A DNA stretch of 63,633 nucleotides, filler included, from Chiloscyllium plagiosum (Eukaryota), in assembly GCF_004010195.1 (NCBI RefSeq). It is 4 parts of 2 records of this genome, joined end to end, with 100 filler letters (N's around TTAATTAATTAA, not from the genome) between each part and the next. Parts side by side here need not be neighbours in the genome. Positions count along the whole stretch, not along the records: positions 23,920 to 41,454 come from NC_057711.1; 3 more parts are not named here. The stretch is one strand, 5' to 3'. Shown piece by piece: positions 24,654 to 35,915 of the stretch (its first letter is position 1; every line of letters starts with the position of its first letter). The translations under genes and the position numbers were made by a program. The notes below the pieces were generated by a model. The model searched no databases. It worked only from the letters and a program-made list of their open reading frames with translations, and was not told the DNA's origin.

Positions 24654-25250
24654 TGTGGGATATAATGAATTAATGTTATTTCTGCAACTATAAATTCTGA
24701 TACAGAACAGGAATGAGAAAATATATATTCAGCAAAAAGAAAGGATATGTTAGCATGAGACGTGATCACAGAACAATGGTGGATGTATGGGCAAACAGGA
24801 AAACATCTGTTTCCCCCGCTTGCACGGAGACACAGAAACAAACCCTAAACAAAGAGGTCAAAGTGGCCTCTGGATAGAAATAGATGCTGATAGAAGAAAA
24901 GATATGCCTAATCAATAACCTACAGTAGACTGACATCAAACACCCTTATGGGAGTCAGAGATAAGAGTTTGTCACGGACAAGACAGGATAAACAGAAGTT
25001 GTGGGATAAGTCTTAAGGAAATGAGTGACGTAAGCGAAGCAGGGAACAAACAATGGAATAAGGAAAACATATGGGAAAAAAACTGTATAAATTGCAAGGG
25101 TTTTTTGGGGTTTACTGTGTATTTGTCATTGCCTTACCTGGCAATTAGACAAGGCACCCACCTGCAGGTGTACAAATAAAACGACGCTGCTGTTTCAGAT
25201 ATTTGGTCTCGGACTGAAATTATTGATGTGAGTGAGCTTTGTTTCTCACA
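24654..25250 (+). mobile_element. ERV 3' LTR (about 597 bp)
   Basis: Polypurine tract GAAAAGAAAAAGGGGAAA just upstream; TGTGGGA...TCTCACA termini; TATAAA at 25086; AATAAA at 25175. Confidence 0.8.
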
Positions 25251-25529
25251 TCTGTGAAAATTTAAGACCAAGAACTTTTTAAAGTAAAAACTAGCAACTT
25301 TATTAAAGTATGAATAATTAACAGCTATTTGCAACTTCCTCTAACCTATCTTTAACCTTCCTTCTATAATACTAATTCCATTAACCTCAATAAGACTTTT
25401 TGACTAAAATTTCAAGTTTTCAAAACCAGCCAGAAGGTGTTGCAGGTGATTTCCTTTAATTCTAGGAGCGGTGATTACTGTTTTATAATCTGTTGCAATG
25501 TTTTTGAACTTTGGAAAGAAAAGTCAAAA

Positions 25530-28500
25530 CAACCCTTATAAAAGGGAGAACCGACAAAGGAAGCGCATGGTGAGGTCAGTGCACAAGGGACAGAGAAAGA
25601 AACTGATAGCAGTGAACCTGCACAGTTACTGCCTTTGCTGTTTGAATTTGTCAGTGTGTCTGGGAAAATTAAGTGAAATTCTCAACTGATCTTCGCAACT
25701 GTTTGGGTGAAGTTTGCAGCGCAGAAGCAGGTAAGTGTATTGTTTTTAAGTGGGACCTACAGAAAGTCAGCAGCAGTGAGTAGAGTGGGTTCTTTCTTGA
25801 TTACATTTTTTTTGAGATGTCTCTTGATTTAACTTACAATATAAGTCATAACTATTCTAACCTGGGACAGTGCTTTGTGGAGGAATAAGACGGTTATATT
25901 CTGGGTCTGTAGATTGCAAAGGAACAAGAAGGCCTTGAGTGATATGCGCTGCTTGTCAGATGTTGGAGTTTGGAGTTTAAGGGTTACTGCAAATTATATT
26001 TGCAATAAATGCTGTTGGTTGAGGATCTTATCAGATCGCATGCATCATTTGGAGAGACAGTTAGAAGCAGAGGAATTTGCAAAATTGTGATGGATGGCAG
26101 TCATTGGAAGGGGTGGGGGGAGGAAATCTGTCACAGATGGGTTAACTCCAGGAAAGGTAAGAGGTAGGCAGCTAGTACAGGAGCTTTCTGTGGCTATGCC
26201 CATTTGAAACAAGTATGCTGTTTTGGAAAATGTAGGAGTGATGGATTCTCAAGGGAACGTAGCATGAAAGCCAAGTTTATGGTATTGAGACTGGTTCTAA
26301 TGCAATGAGGGGTATGTCGGGTTCCAAGAAATCAATTGTGTTGGGGGACTCTCTAGTCTGAGGTACAGACAGACATTTCTGTGGCCAGCAGTGAAAAATC
26401 AGTGGTGTTGCTTCCCTGGTGCCAGGATCAAGGATGTCTCAGGATGCAGAATGTTCTCAAGGGGGGAGAGGGGCCCGCATGAGGTCATTGTCCACATTAG
26501 AACGAGTGACATAGGAAAGGAAAAGGTTGATTCTGAAGGGAGGTTAGAGTTAGGCAGGAATTTAAAGAGGTCCTCTAGAGTAGTAATATCTGGATTACTC
26601 CTGCTGCTACGAGCTAGTGAGGCCAGGAATAAGAGCAGATGAACGTATGGCTGAGGAGCTGGTGTATGGGAGAAGGATTCTCCCATACACCAGTTTTTGG
26701 ATCATTGGAATCTCTTTTGGGGTAGAAGTGACCTGGACAAGGACTGTTCACACCTAAATTGGAAGGGGGCTAATATACTGGCAGGAAAACTTTTGCTAGA
26801 GCTGCTTGAGAGGATTTAAACTAGTAAGGTGGAGGTGTGGGACCCAGGGAGATAGTGAAGAAAGGGATCAACCTGAGACTGGTACAGTTGAGAACAGAAG
26901 TGAGTAAAGCAGGCAGGGACAAGGTAGGACTAAAATTAAATTTGATTTAAATCCATGCAAGGGGCCTAACAGGGAAGGAGAAAGTGAGGTCTGCAGATGC
27001 TGGAGATCAGAGCTGAAAATGTGTTGCTGGAAAAGCGCAGCAGGTCAGGCAGCATCCAGGGAACAGGAGAATCGACGTTTCGGGCATAAGCCTGAAGAAG
27101 GGCTTATGCCCAAAACGTCGATTCTCCTGTTTCCTGGATGCTGCCTGACCTGCTGCGCCTAACAGGGAAGGCAGATGGACTCAGGGCATGGTTAGGAACA
27201 TGGGACTGGGATATCATATCAATTACAGAAATATGGCTCAGGGATGGTCAGGACTGGCAGCTTAATGTTTCAGGATATAAATGCAACAGGAAGGATAGAA
27301 ACGGGGGTGGGGGTAGCCTTTTTTGATAAAGGATAGCATTACAGCTGTGCTGAGGGAGGATATTCCTGGAAATACTTCCAGGGAAGTTATTTGGGTGGAC
27401 CTGAGAAATAAGAAAGGGATGATCGCCTTAGTGGGATTGGATTAGACCCCCTAATAGTCAGCAGGAAATTGAGAAACAAACTTATAAGGAGATCTCTGCT
27501 TTCTGTAAGAATAATAAGGTAGTTATGGTTTGGGGTTTTAACTTTCCAAACATAGACTGGGATTGCCTTAGTGTTAAGGGTTTAGATGGTGAGGAATTTA
27601 AGTGCGTACAAAATTTTCTGATTCATTATGTGGATGTAACAACTTAGAGAAGGTGCAAAACTTGACCTACTCTTGGGAAAGAAGGCAGGGCAGGTGACTG
27701 AGGTGTCAGTGGGGGAGCACTTTGGGGCCAGTGACCATAGGTTTAAAATGATGGAAAAGGATAGACCAGATCTAAAAGTTGAAGTTCTAAATTGGAGAAA
27801 GGCCAATTTTAACAGTGTTAGGCAAAACTTTCAAGAGCTGATTGGGGGCAGAATGTTCTCTGGTAAAGGGACAGCTGGAAAATTAGGAAGCCTTCAGAAA
27901 TGAGATAATGAGGATCCAGAGAAAGTGTATTCCTGTAGGGTGAAAGGAAAGGCTGGTAGGTATAGGGAATGCTGGATGAGTAAAGAAATCGAGGGTTTGG
28001 TTAAGAAAAAGAAGGAAGCATATGTAAGGTCTAGACAGGATAGATCGAGTGACTCCTTAAAGTATAAAGGAAGTAGGAGTATACTTAAGAGGGAAATTAG
28101 GTGGGCAAAAAGGGGACTTTGGCAAATAGTGAAGAAGAATCCAAAGGGGTTTTTACAAATGCCTCAAGGATAGAAGGATGACAGAAGGGAGAGAATAGGG
28201 CCCTTCAAAGATCAGCAAGGTGGCCTTTGTGTGGAGCTGCAGGAGATGGTAAACAAGTATTTTGCAATGTATTTAATGTAGAAAAGGATATGGAAGATAT
28301 AAAGTAGCAAAATAGATGGCGACACCTTGCAAAATCTCGATGTTATCAAGGAGCAAATGCTGGATGTTTTGATCCACAAGCGGATAAATCCCCAGGACCT
28401 GATCAGGTGTACCTGAGAACTGTGGGAAGCCAGAGAAGTGATTGCTGGGCCTCTTGCTGAGATATTTGTATCATTGATAGTCACAGGTGAGGTGCTGGAA

Positions 28501-29505
28501 GACTGGAGGTTGGCAAACGTGGTGCCACTGTTTAAGGGTGGTAAGGACAAGCCAGACAACTACAGACCAGTGAGCCTGACGTCGGTGGTGGGCAAGTTGT
28601 TGGAGGGAATCCTGAGGGACAGGATGTACATGTATTTGGAAAGGACTGATTAGGGATCATCAACATGGCTTTGTGTGTGGGAAATCAGTTTCACAAACTT
28701 GGGATTTTTGAAGAAGTAACAAAGAAGATTGAGGGCAGAGCAGTAGTGATCTATATGGACTTCAGTAAAGCATTTGACAAGGTTCCCCATGGGAGATTGA
28801 TTATCAAGGTTAGATCTCGCGGAATACAGGGAGAACTAGCCATTTGGATACAGAACTGGCTCAAAGGTCGTAGACGTGGTGGTGGAGAGTTGTTTTCAGA
28901 CTGGAGGCCTGTCACTAGTAATCGGTGCTGGTTCCTCTTCTTGTCATTTACATAAATGATTTGGATGTGAGCATAAGAGGTAGTTAGTAAGTTTGCAGAT
29001 GACCCCAAAATTGGGGGTGTAGCAGACAGTGAAAAAGGTTACCTCAGATTACAACAGGACCTTGACCAGATGGGCCAATGGGCTGAGAAGTGGCAGATTG
29101 TGTTTAATTCAGATGAATGTGAGATGCTGCATTTTAGGAAAGCAAATCTTAGCAGGACTCATACACTTAATGGTAAGGTCCTAGGGAGTGTTGCTGAAAA
29201 GAGATCTTGGAGTACAGATTCAGAGCTCCTTGAAAGTGGAGTCACAGGTAGATAGGTTAGTGAAGGTGTTTGGTGTGCTTTCTTTTATTGGTCAGAGTAT
29301 TGAGTACAGGAGTTGGGAGGTCGTGTTGTGGCTGTACAGGACATTGGTTAGACCACTGTCAGAATATTGTGTGCAATTTTGGTCTCCTTCCTATCAGATG
29401 TTGTGAAACTTGAAAGGGTTCAGAAAAGATTTAAAAGGATGTTGCCAAGGTTGGATGATTTGAGCTATCGGGAGAGGCTGAACCAGTTGGGGCTGTTTTC
29501 CCTGA
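25530..29505 (+). mobile_element. Near full-length degraded CR1 LINE (5'UTR, ORF1, ORF2)
   Basis: ICNKCCWLRIL, CCFPGARIKDV..VHIRTSDIG (ORF1); WDIISITEIW, SDHRF, NYRPVSLT, YMDFSKAFDKVPH, EYCVQFWSP (ORF2). Confidence 0.88.
26979..27156. mobile_element. Family A palindromic element with 15-bp TSD
   Basis: GCCTAACAGGGAAGG at 26964-26978 and 27157-27171. Confidence 0.88.
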
Positions 29506-29506
29506 A

Positions 29507-29720
29507 GCAATAAGGCTATATTTCCACAGTTAAAGTAAGGGCCTGCCATTTGTCACTGGGGTTTTTTTGCTGGCTTGTCCCCAAGGTGTAGTACTAGGAC
29601 CTGCCTGTCCACTTCCAGGGTCACTGCAGGAAAGGAAAGAGTGTGACAGGGTAATTGTTCTGGGGGCCTTTAGTATTCCCAGTCACTATTTTTGTAAAGT
29701 TATACTTCAAGTACTTTGGA
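29507..29720 (-). mobile_element. ERV pol fragment, inverted homolog of 31675-31810
   Basis: 29507-29636 is a diverged reverse complement of 31675-31810. Confidence 0.55.
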
Positions 29721-30925
29721 CAAAAACTGATGAATCTAATATGTGCAGGAGAGTTTCCTGTCATAGTATGTAGACAAGCCAACAAGGGGTGAGGCCACAT
29801 TAGATTTGCTATTGGATGATGAACCCAGCCAGGGGTTAGATTTGGAGGTAAGTGAGCACTTTGGTGATATAACTGAATTGTCGGCACTGTTTACTTTAGG
29901 CATGGGAAGGGATAGCTATATACAGCAGGGCAAGAATTAAAGCTGGGGGAAAGGCAATTATGATGCAATTAGGCAAGATTGGGGATGGGGAAGGAAACTG
30001 CAGGGCATGGGCACAATAGAAATGTTGAGCTTATTCAAGGAACAGCTACTGTGGGTCCTTGAATAAGTATGTACCAGTCAGGCAAGGAAGTTGTTGATCA
30101 TGGGAGCTGTAGTTTACTAGGAAGTTGAATCTTTTAAGAAGAAGAAAGCTTATGTTTGGATGTGATGGCTCAGTTAGGGTGCTTGAGTGAGTTAGCCAGG
30201 AAAGACCAAGAGAGCTAGGTCAGGAAGGGACATTAAGTCATTAGCAGATACGATCAAGGATATACTAAAGTAAGATTAGGACCAATCAAGCATGGTGGGA
30301 AGTTGTGTGGAGGCAGAGATAAGAGAATCTGTCCATGTACATCCATGAAAGTTGCCACTCAGATTGATAGGGTTGTTAAGAAGGCATATGGTGTTTGCTT
30401 TTACTCAGTTTCAGAACCATGAGATTATGCTGCAGCCATACAAAACTCTATGCAATACTCCAAATGTGGCTACATTAATGTTCTGGTCACCATATTATAG
30501 AAGGATATAGAAGCTTTGGAAAGGGTTCAGGGGAGACTTTCTAGGATGTTGCCTGGTGTGGCAGAGCGGGGGGGGGGGGGGTGTGGAAGGTCTTGAGGAA
30601 AGGCTGAGGGACTTGAGACTTTTCGTTAAAGCAGGTTGAGAGGTAACTCAGTTGAGACACAAGGGGTTGGACAGTGAGAGCCTTTTTCCTTGGATACTGA
30701 TAGCTAGCACAAGGAGATATAGCTTTAAATTGAAGGGTGATAGCTATAGGGCAGCTATCAGGTAGTTTCTTTACTCAGAAATAGGGGCATGGAATACTCT
30801 GTCTGCAACATGCACCTAAATGGTCATTAGATAGGCATATGGGCCTTAATGGAATAGTATAGGTTAGATGGGTTCAAATTGGTTCCACAGGTCGTTGCAA
30901 CATCGTGGCAGAAGGTTCTGTGCTG
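29721..30925 (+). mobile_element. Heavily deleted CR1 LINE
   Basis: Pieces of the endonuclease region, ATCCATGAAAGTTGCCAC and the CR1 3' end. Confidence 0.75.
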
Positions 30926-32720
30926 TTATACCTTAATGGAGGGTCCAGTATCAATAACCAGTTTCATAGCTGATATCATGGTGTGTGTGGCCTGAGCCAT
31001 TGTTAAGCTGGGGCCATCTTGGAAACAGAGTAATGTTAATGAGCCAAGCCCTTGACTGCAATGAGAAACAGGCCTAATTTGCTCATGTCCAAATGCAGAT
31101 GTATAATGCCCCTCCTCAGGACCTGATTGCTCTTTGCTGTATGATTCTGTCCCCTGAGACTTTACCAAGTGAAAAAGACAGATGGGCCAGGGTGGTTTAG
31201 GGCTTGTCTGCAGTTTCAAGGACTTGAAGGAGGTTCCCTAACACTGACCAGACAGCCCACTTAATCCAGTTGTTAGAATAAACCTTATAACCTGTATATA
31301 TTAGTGATGTACTAAAATGCAATCCCACTCCTTGGGAGTCAGGTGACTAGTGGGAGATAGTTTGTTGCTGGTCACTGCACATTTGCAGACCATCAAGTCT
31401 AAGCTGCCTTGCCTTTTTTAATGCTATGCTTGTGCAGTATATTCCTTTTGGTGGCACCAATATGATCCGGACAAACAATGAGCTAGTCCAAGACTTCCCA
31501 GTTGCAGAAGAGGTGAGTGGTTTTTGACTGGGATGACTAGAACGAGGCCAAACGTGATCCAAATTGCATATAAAACTGAATATGTCCAGTGATGTCTTGA
31601 TGCCTATACCCAATGTGCCAATCCTGATGGGCTTAATTGAAACCAGCATACCCTGGTGGGCAGTGCTGAGCGACCCTTTCCTGAAGGGACCCTGGAAATG
31701 GGCATGCAGGCCCTAGTACAGCACCTTGGGGACTGGGGACAATACAGCAAAAGTCCCCCAGTGACAAATGGCAGGCCCTTATTTAGCTGTGGAAATATGG
31801 CCTTATTGCCACCTTGACCCTAATATAGGGATGGATATGCATGCAACCTAGCTAAAGGAAATTCTGCAAATGTATACACTCACTGACTCTCGTGCTTTTG
31901 ATGTGGCCCATGATTAGAGCCTTGTGGAAACAGAGGATTTAACTTCAGTGGGACAACCTGTTAGTAATGCTGTTTTGTACAACCAGTCTGGCAATTATCA
32001 CATGTTTGGCTCACGCTCAGGCAACAGATGCAGTTTCTGATGCTGCTAAGCAGGTAGCCTTACACCCCAAACTTCTGGTATTTTTGGGTTCCCAGCAAAA
32101 CCTGCTTAGAGAAAATGTAAGAACAGGTATGCCAGACATGGGCACTATATATAAATCCTAGGGGAGGCCCTGGATGAAGAGCACAAACAATGGACTCCAA
32201 TGGGCTGCTCCCTCCATACTCAAACCAAGCTGTGGTAGACCCATGTGGGACAAGCTTGTGTTCCTTCTTTTCTCCTGCCAATTCTACTAATTAATGCATA
32301 GTTGTACACACTCTGGCAAGGAGGGTTCTCCAGCCACTCCCTTGCCTGGTGGGCTCTTTCACTTGTTGATAACTTGATTTTATAGAATTACCTTGAGCAC
32401 ATTGTTACAAATATTGTCTTATAGGAGAATCTGAATCATTCCAACAATTGATGACTGCCACAACAGTGGTGGACAAGTGGGAAATATCTGCATAAGTTAA
32501 CCAAAACTCGTCAAAGTTCATATTCACAAGTAGAAAAGCCCATACCCTATCCTTGTGACCTGGACAGCCATCAAGGTCAAAGGTATACCTGAGTGGATGC
32601 ACGCAACCTGGGGTAAGCGGGCACCATAGTCAGAGGATGCTGAACAGGAAAAGCTGGAGGTGCCAGCTGTGACAATATGGGTAATGACTGTTCTCATGCC
32701 CCTCATATGCCCTACCAAGG
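30926..32720 (+). pseudogene. pol: Highly degraded class I ERV pol (RT connection, RNase H, integrase)
   Basis: Manual translation with frameshifts: ACNLAKGNSANVYT..DSR.AFDVAHD..ALWKQR..TSVGQP (31839-31965); LAIITCLAHAQ..DAAKQVA; MHSCTHSGKEG; PYPILVTWTAIKVKGIPEWMHAT (about 32540-32610). Confidence 0.7.
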
Positions 32721-33337
32721 TGAGCAGGGCAGTGCTGTTCTGTAATGTATTTCAGGGTTTCAGTGGGTTCGTATCGAGAATAACAGCTATCTGGGATGAG
32801 TTAGACTGAATCCAATCAAGCTGTTTAGGGTGGTTTATATACAGAATAACAATTCCCTGGAGTGAGTTCCAGACTGGAATCTAATTGAGGAGTTTGGAGT
32901 GGTTCACATACAGAACAAGAGATGCCTGTGAAGGAGTTAGACTGGAATCTGATTGGGTTTTTTGTGGCTTATATACAAAGCAACATGCCCCTGGGAGTGA
33001 GTTACAGACTAGAATCTACTTGAGTTTTGGGGTGGTTCATATTGAGAATAATAGCAACATGGGAGTGTTTCAGACTGGAATCTAATAGAGGGGTTCAAGG
33101 TGGTTTAAATATACAATAATAGATACCGGGGAATGGAGTTACAGACTGGAATATAATTTGAGGGGTTCAGCGTGGTTTATATTTGGAATAACAAATATCT
33201 GGGAGTGCTTTACAGACTAGCATCTAATCAGTACGTTCAGGTTGGTTTAGTGAGTTGGATGGGAATTAGAGGGTTTTGGTGTGGTTGAGCTATGGAACAA
33301 CAGATACCTAGGAGTGATTTGAAAACTGGAATCTGAG

Positions 33338-33562
33338 TCAAAGCGTGGCACTGGAGAAGCACAGCAGATCAAGCAACATCAAATGCAGTAGAGTCGACAT
33401 TACAAGAATAAACCCTTTGTCAGGAGTGTCGGTGGTAGGGAGAAAGGGACTGAGATAAATGAGGGGGAAGAGGGCTGGGGTGAAGGTAGCTTGGGAAGTG
33501 ATAGGAGATGGAGAGTGATTGTGATAGGTCAGAATGAAGGGTGGAGCAGACAGGAGGGTGGT
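33338..33562 (-). mobile_element. Family A PLE 3' UTR plus pLTR (decayed)
   Basis: pLTR sequence joined to a purine-rich tract homologous to 54100-54240. Confidence 0.65.
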
Positions 33563-35186
33563 GCCACGTTGCAGCGTTGGATCTGGGATAAAGTGTGTCC
33601 TGGGGTGGGTGTGTGAATGCCTTCGGTAGGTGGGGTGGCTCGCGTGCTGCTGCTGCCGCCACCTAGTCTTCTGAATGGGGAACACACAATGCAAACCTCT
33701 GAACCCCAGAGGAGAGGCATTGAATTGATTAACGAAATAATCAATTATCTGAACAAAATAGTGCCTGCCCATCCTGTTCAGATGATGGAGGTTCCTCTGT
33801 ATAGAATAAGAAATGGCCAGGATTAAGTTAGTCTACAAACTAACCAAAGGGTTTGGGGTGATGTATACATCTAGAATACCAGATAGCCAGCAATGAGTTA
33901 GATTGAAATTTAATTGAGGGATTCAGAGTGGTTTATGCACAGAACAACAGACGGCAGGCAGGGAGTTACAGGCTGAAATCTATTCAATGAATTCATGGTG
34001 GATTACATACAGAATAATGGATAAACAGGATGAAGTTACAGACTAGAATATCATCCAACAGTTCTGGGTGGTTTAGAATCTGAATCACATAGGTGAGTTA
34101 CAGACTGGAATCTAGAGGTTCTAGGTAGCTTACATAATAACAGACGCCTGGGAGTGAGTTACTGACTGGAGTCTAGTCAGAGTTAGAGGTTTCTAAAATC
34201 ATGAGGGGCATGAATAGGATAAATAGACTAAGTCTTTTCCATGCAGGAACTGTAAATCGGCACTTTTCCCAGAACTAAAGGGTGTAGATTTAGGGTGAGA
34301 AGAAAGATGAGACCTAAGGGGTAATATTTTCATGCAGAGGGTGATAGGTGTATAGAATGAACTGCCAGAGGAAGTGGTGGAGCCTAGTATGATTGCAACA
34401 TTTGAGGCATCTGGATGGGTATATGAATAGGAAGGGTTTGGAGGGATATGGGCTGGGTGCTGGCACATGGGACTAGATTAGGTTGGGATAGATGGTTGGC
34501 ATGGGCAAGTTGGACTGAAGGGTTTATTTCCGTGCTGTACACTTGAGTGGTTTGAGATGGTTGACACATAGAATAATGCACTCAGGAGTGAGTTGCAGAC
34601 TGGCATCTAATTGAGGGTTTTGGGGTGGTTTGTTTACAGAAATGTCCCTCGGAGTGAGTAACAGACTCTAAACTAATCAAGGGGGTTAGGGCTGATTTTT
34701 CATAGAGAATAATTACCAGTAGTGAGAAACTTGGAATCTAATCCCAGCATTTGGTGATTTACATGTAGAATAACAGATACATGGTTACAGGTTGGAATGT
34801 AATCGAGGGATTCAGTGACTTATTTCCTCAACAAGAGATACCCGTGAAGGGGTTACAGACTGGAATCTAATTGAGGGGCTTGGGGTGGTTTATATACAGA
34901 ACAACACATCCCAGCATTGAGTTAGTCTGGAATCTATTTAAGGGTTTCAGGGGGTTCATATTGAGAATTACAGCAACCTGGGAGTGAGTTACAGATTGAA
35001 TTTAATCGAGGTTTAGGGTGGCTTGCGTACAGAATAGCAATTCCCTGGGGGAGTTCAGACTGGAATCTACTAGAGGGCTTGAGTAGTTATAAACAGAACA
35101 AGAAGCAACCATGAAGGAATTACAAACTGGAATCTACTCTAGGATTTTGAATTCATTTACATAGAGCAACAGATAACCAGGAGTGA

Positions 35187-35443
35187 TTAGATTCTCTACA
35201 GTGTTGAAATAGGCCCTTCAGCCCAACAAGTCCACACTGACCCTCAAACTCACCCAGACCCATGCCCCATATTTACCCCTGACTAATGCACCTAACTCTA
35301 TGGGCAATTTCGCATGACCAATTCACCTAACCTGCACATGTTTGGACTGTGGGAGGAAACCCACAGTCAGCACCCAAGGTGGGAATTGAACCCGGGTCAC
35401 TGGTGCTGTGAGGCAGTAGTGCTAACCACTGAGCCACCTTGCT
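35187..35443 (-). mobile_element. HE1-like V-SINE (internally deleted)
   Basis: GGCTCAGTGGTTAGCAC and GGTTCAATTCC boxes on minus strand; flanking GAGTGA duplication. Confidence 0.8.
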
Positions 35444-35915
35444 GAGTGAGATACAGATTAAAATCTAGTTGAGGGTTTTGTGGTGGTTTATACTTGGATT
35501 AATATATACCTGGGGTGAGTTACAGATTGGAATCTAAGAGGGTTTTGGGGAGGCTTAGTATAGAACAACTGTCATCTAACCACTGGGTTCAGTGTGCTTT
35601 ATATATCAAACGATAGATACCTGGGAGTGAGTTACAGATTGGAATGTAAGTGGTTTTGGATGGTTGATATATAGAATAACAGACACTCATGAGTGAGTTC
35701 GAGTGGAATCTAATTGAGGATTTGGGGGTGGTTTATTTTCAGAAACACGTATTCCTGGGATTACCAACTAATCTAATAGTCACTCAGGTTATTTTACATA
35801 CAGAACAGCAGATAATCTGAGTTACAACCTGAAGTCTAACAGACATTCAGGGTGATTTTATATACAGAATAATGGCATTGATTTTGAGGACTTTTATATA
35901 CAGAATAATGGCAGG

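Larger units (their letters stand above)
32770..35915. repeat. Diverged approx 70-bp tandem satellite with TE insertions
   Basis: Unit approx GAGTTACAGACTGGAATCTAATTGAGGGGTTCAGGGTGGTTTATATACAGAATAACAGATACCTGGGAGT; AGACT spacing 66-71 bp. Confidence 0.88.

Noticed and set aside
19700..35915. CRISPR-like arrays
   Set aside because: These are contiguous tandem units without unique spacers, in a eukaryotic context with no cas genes.
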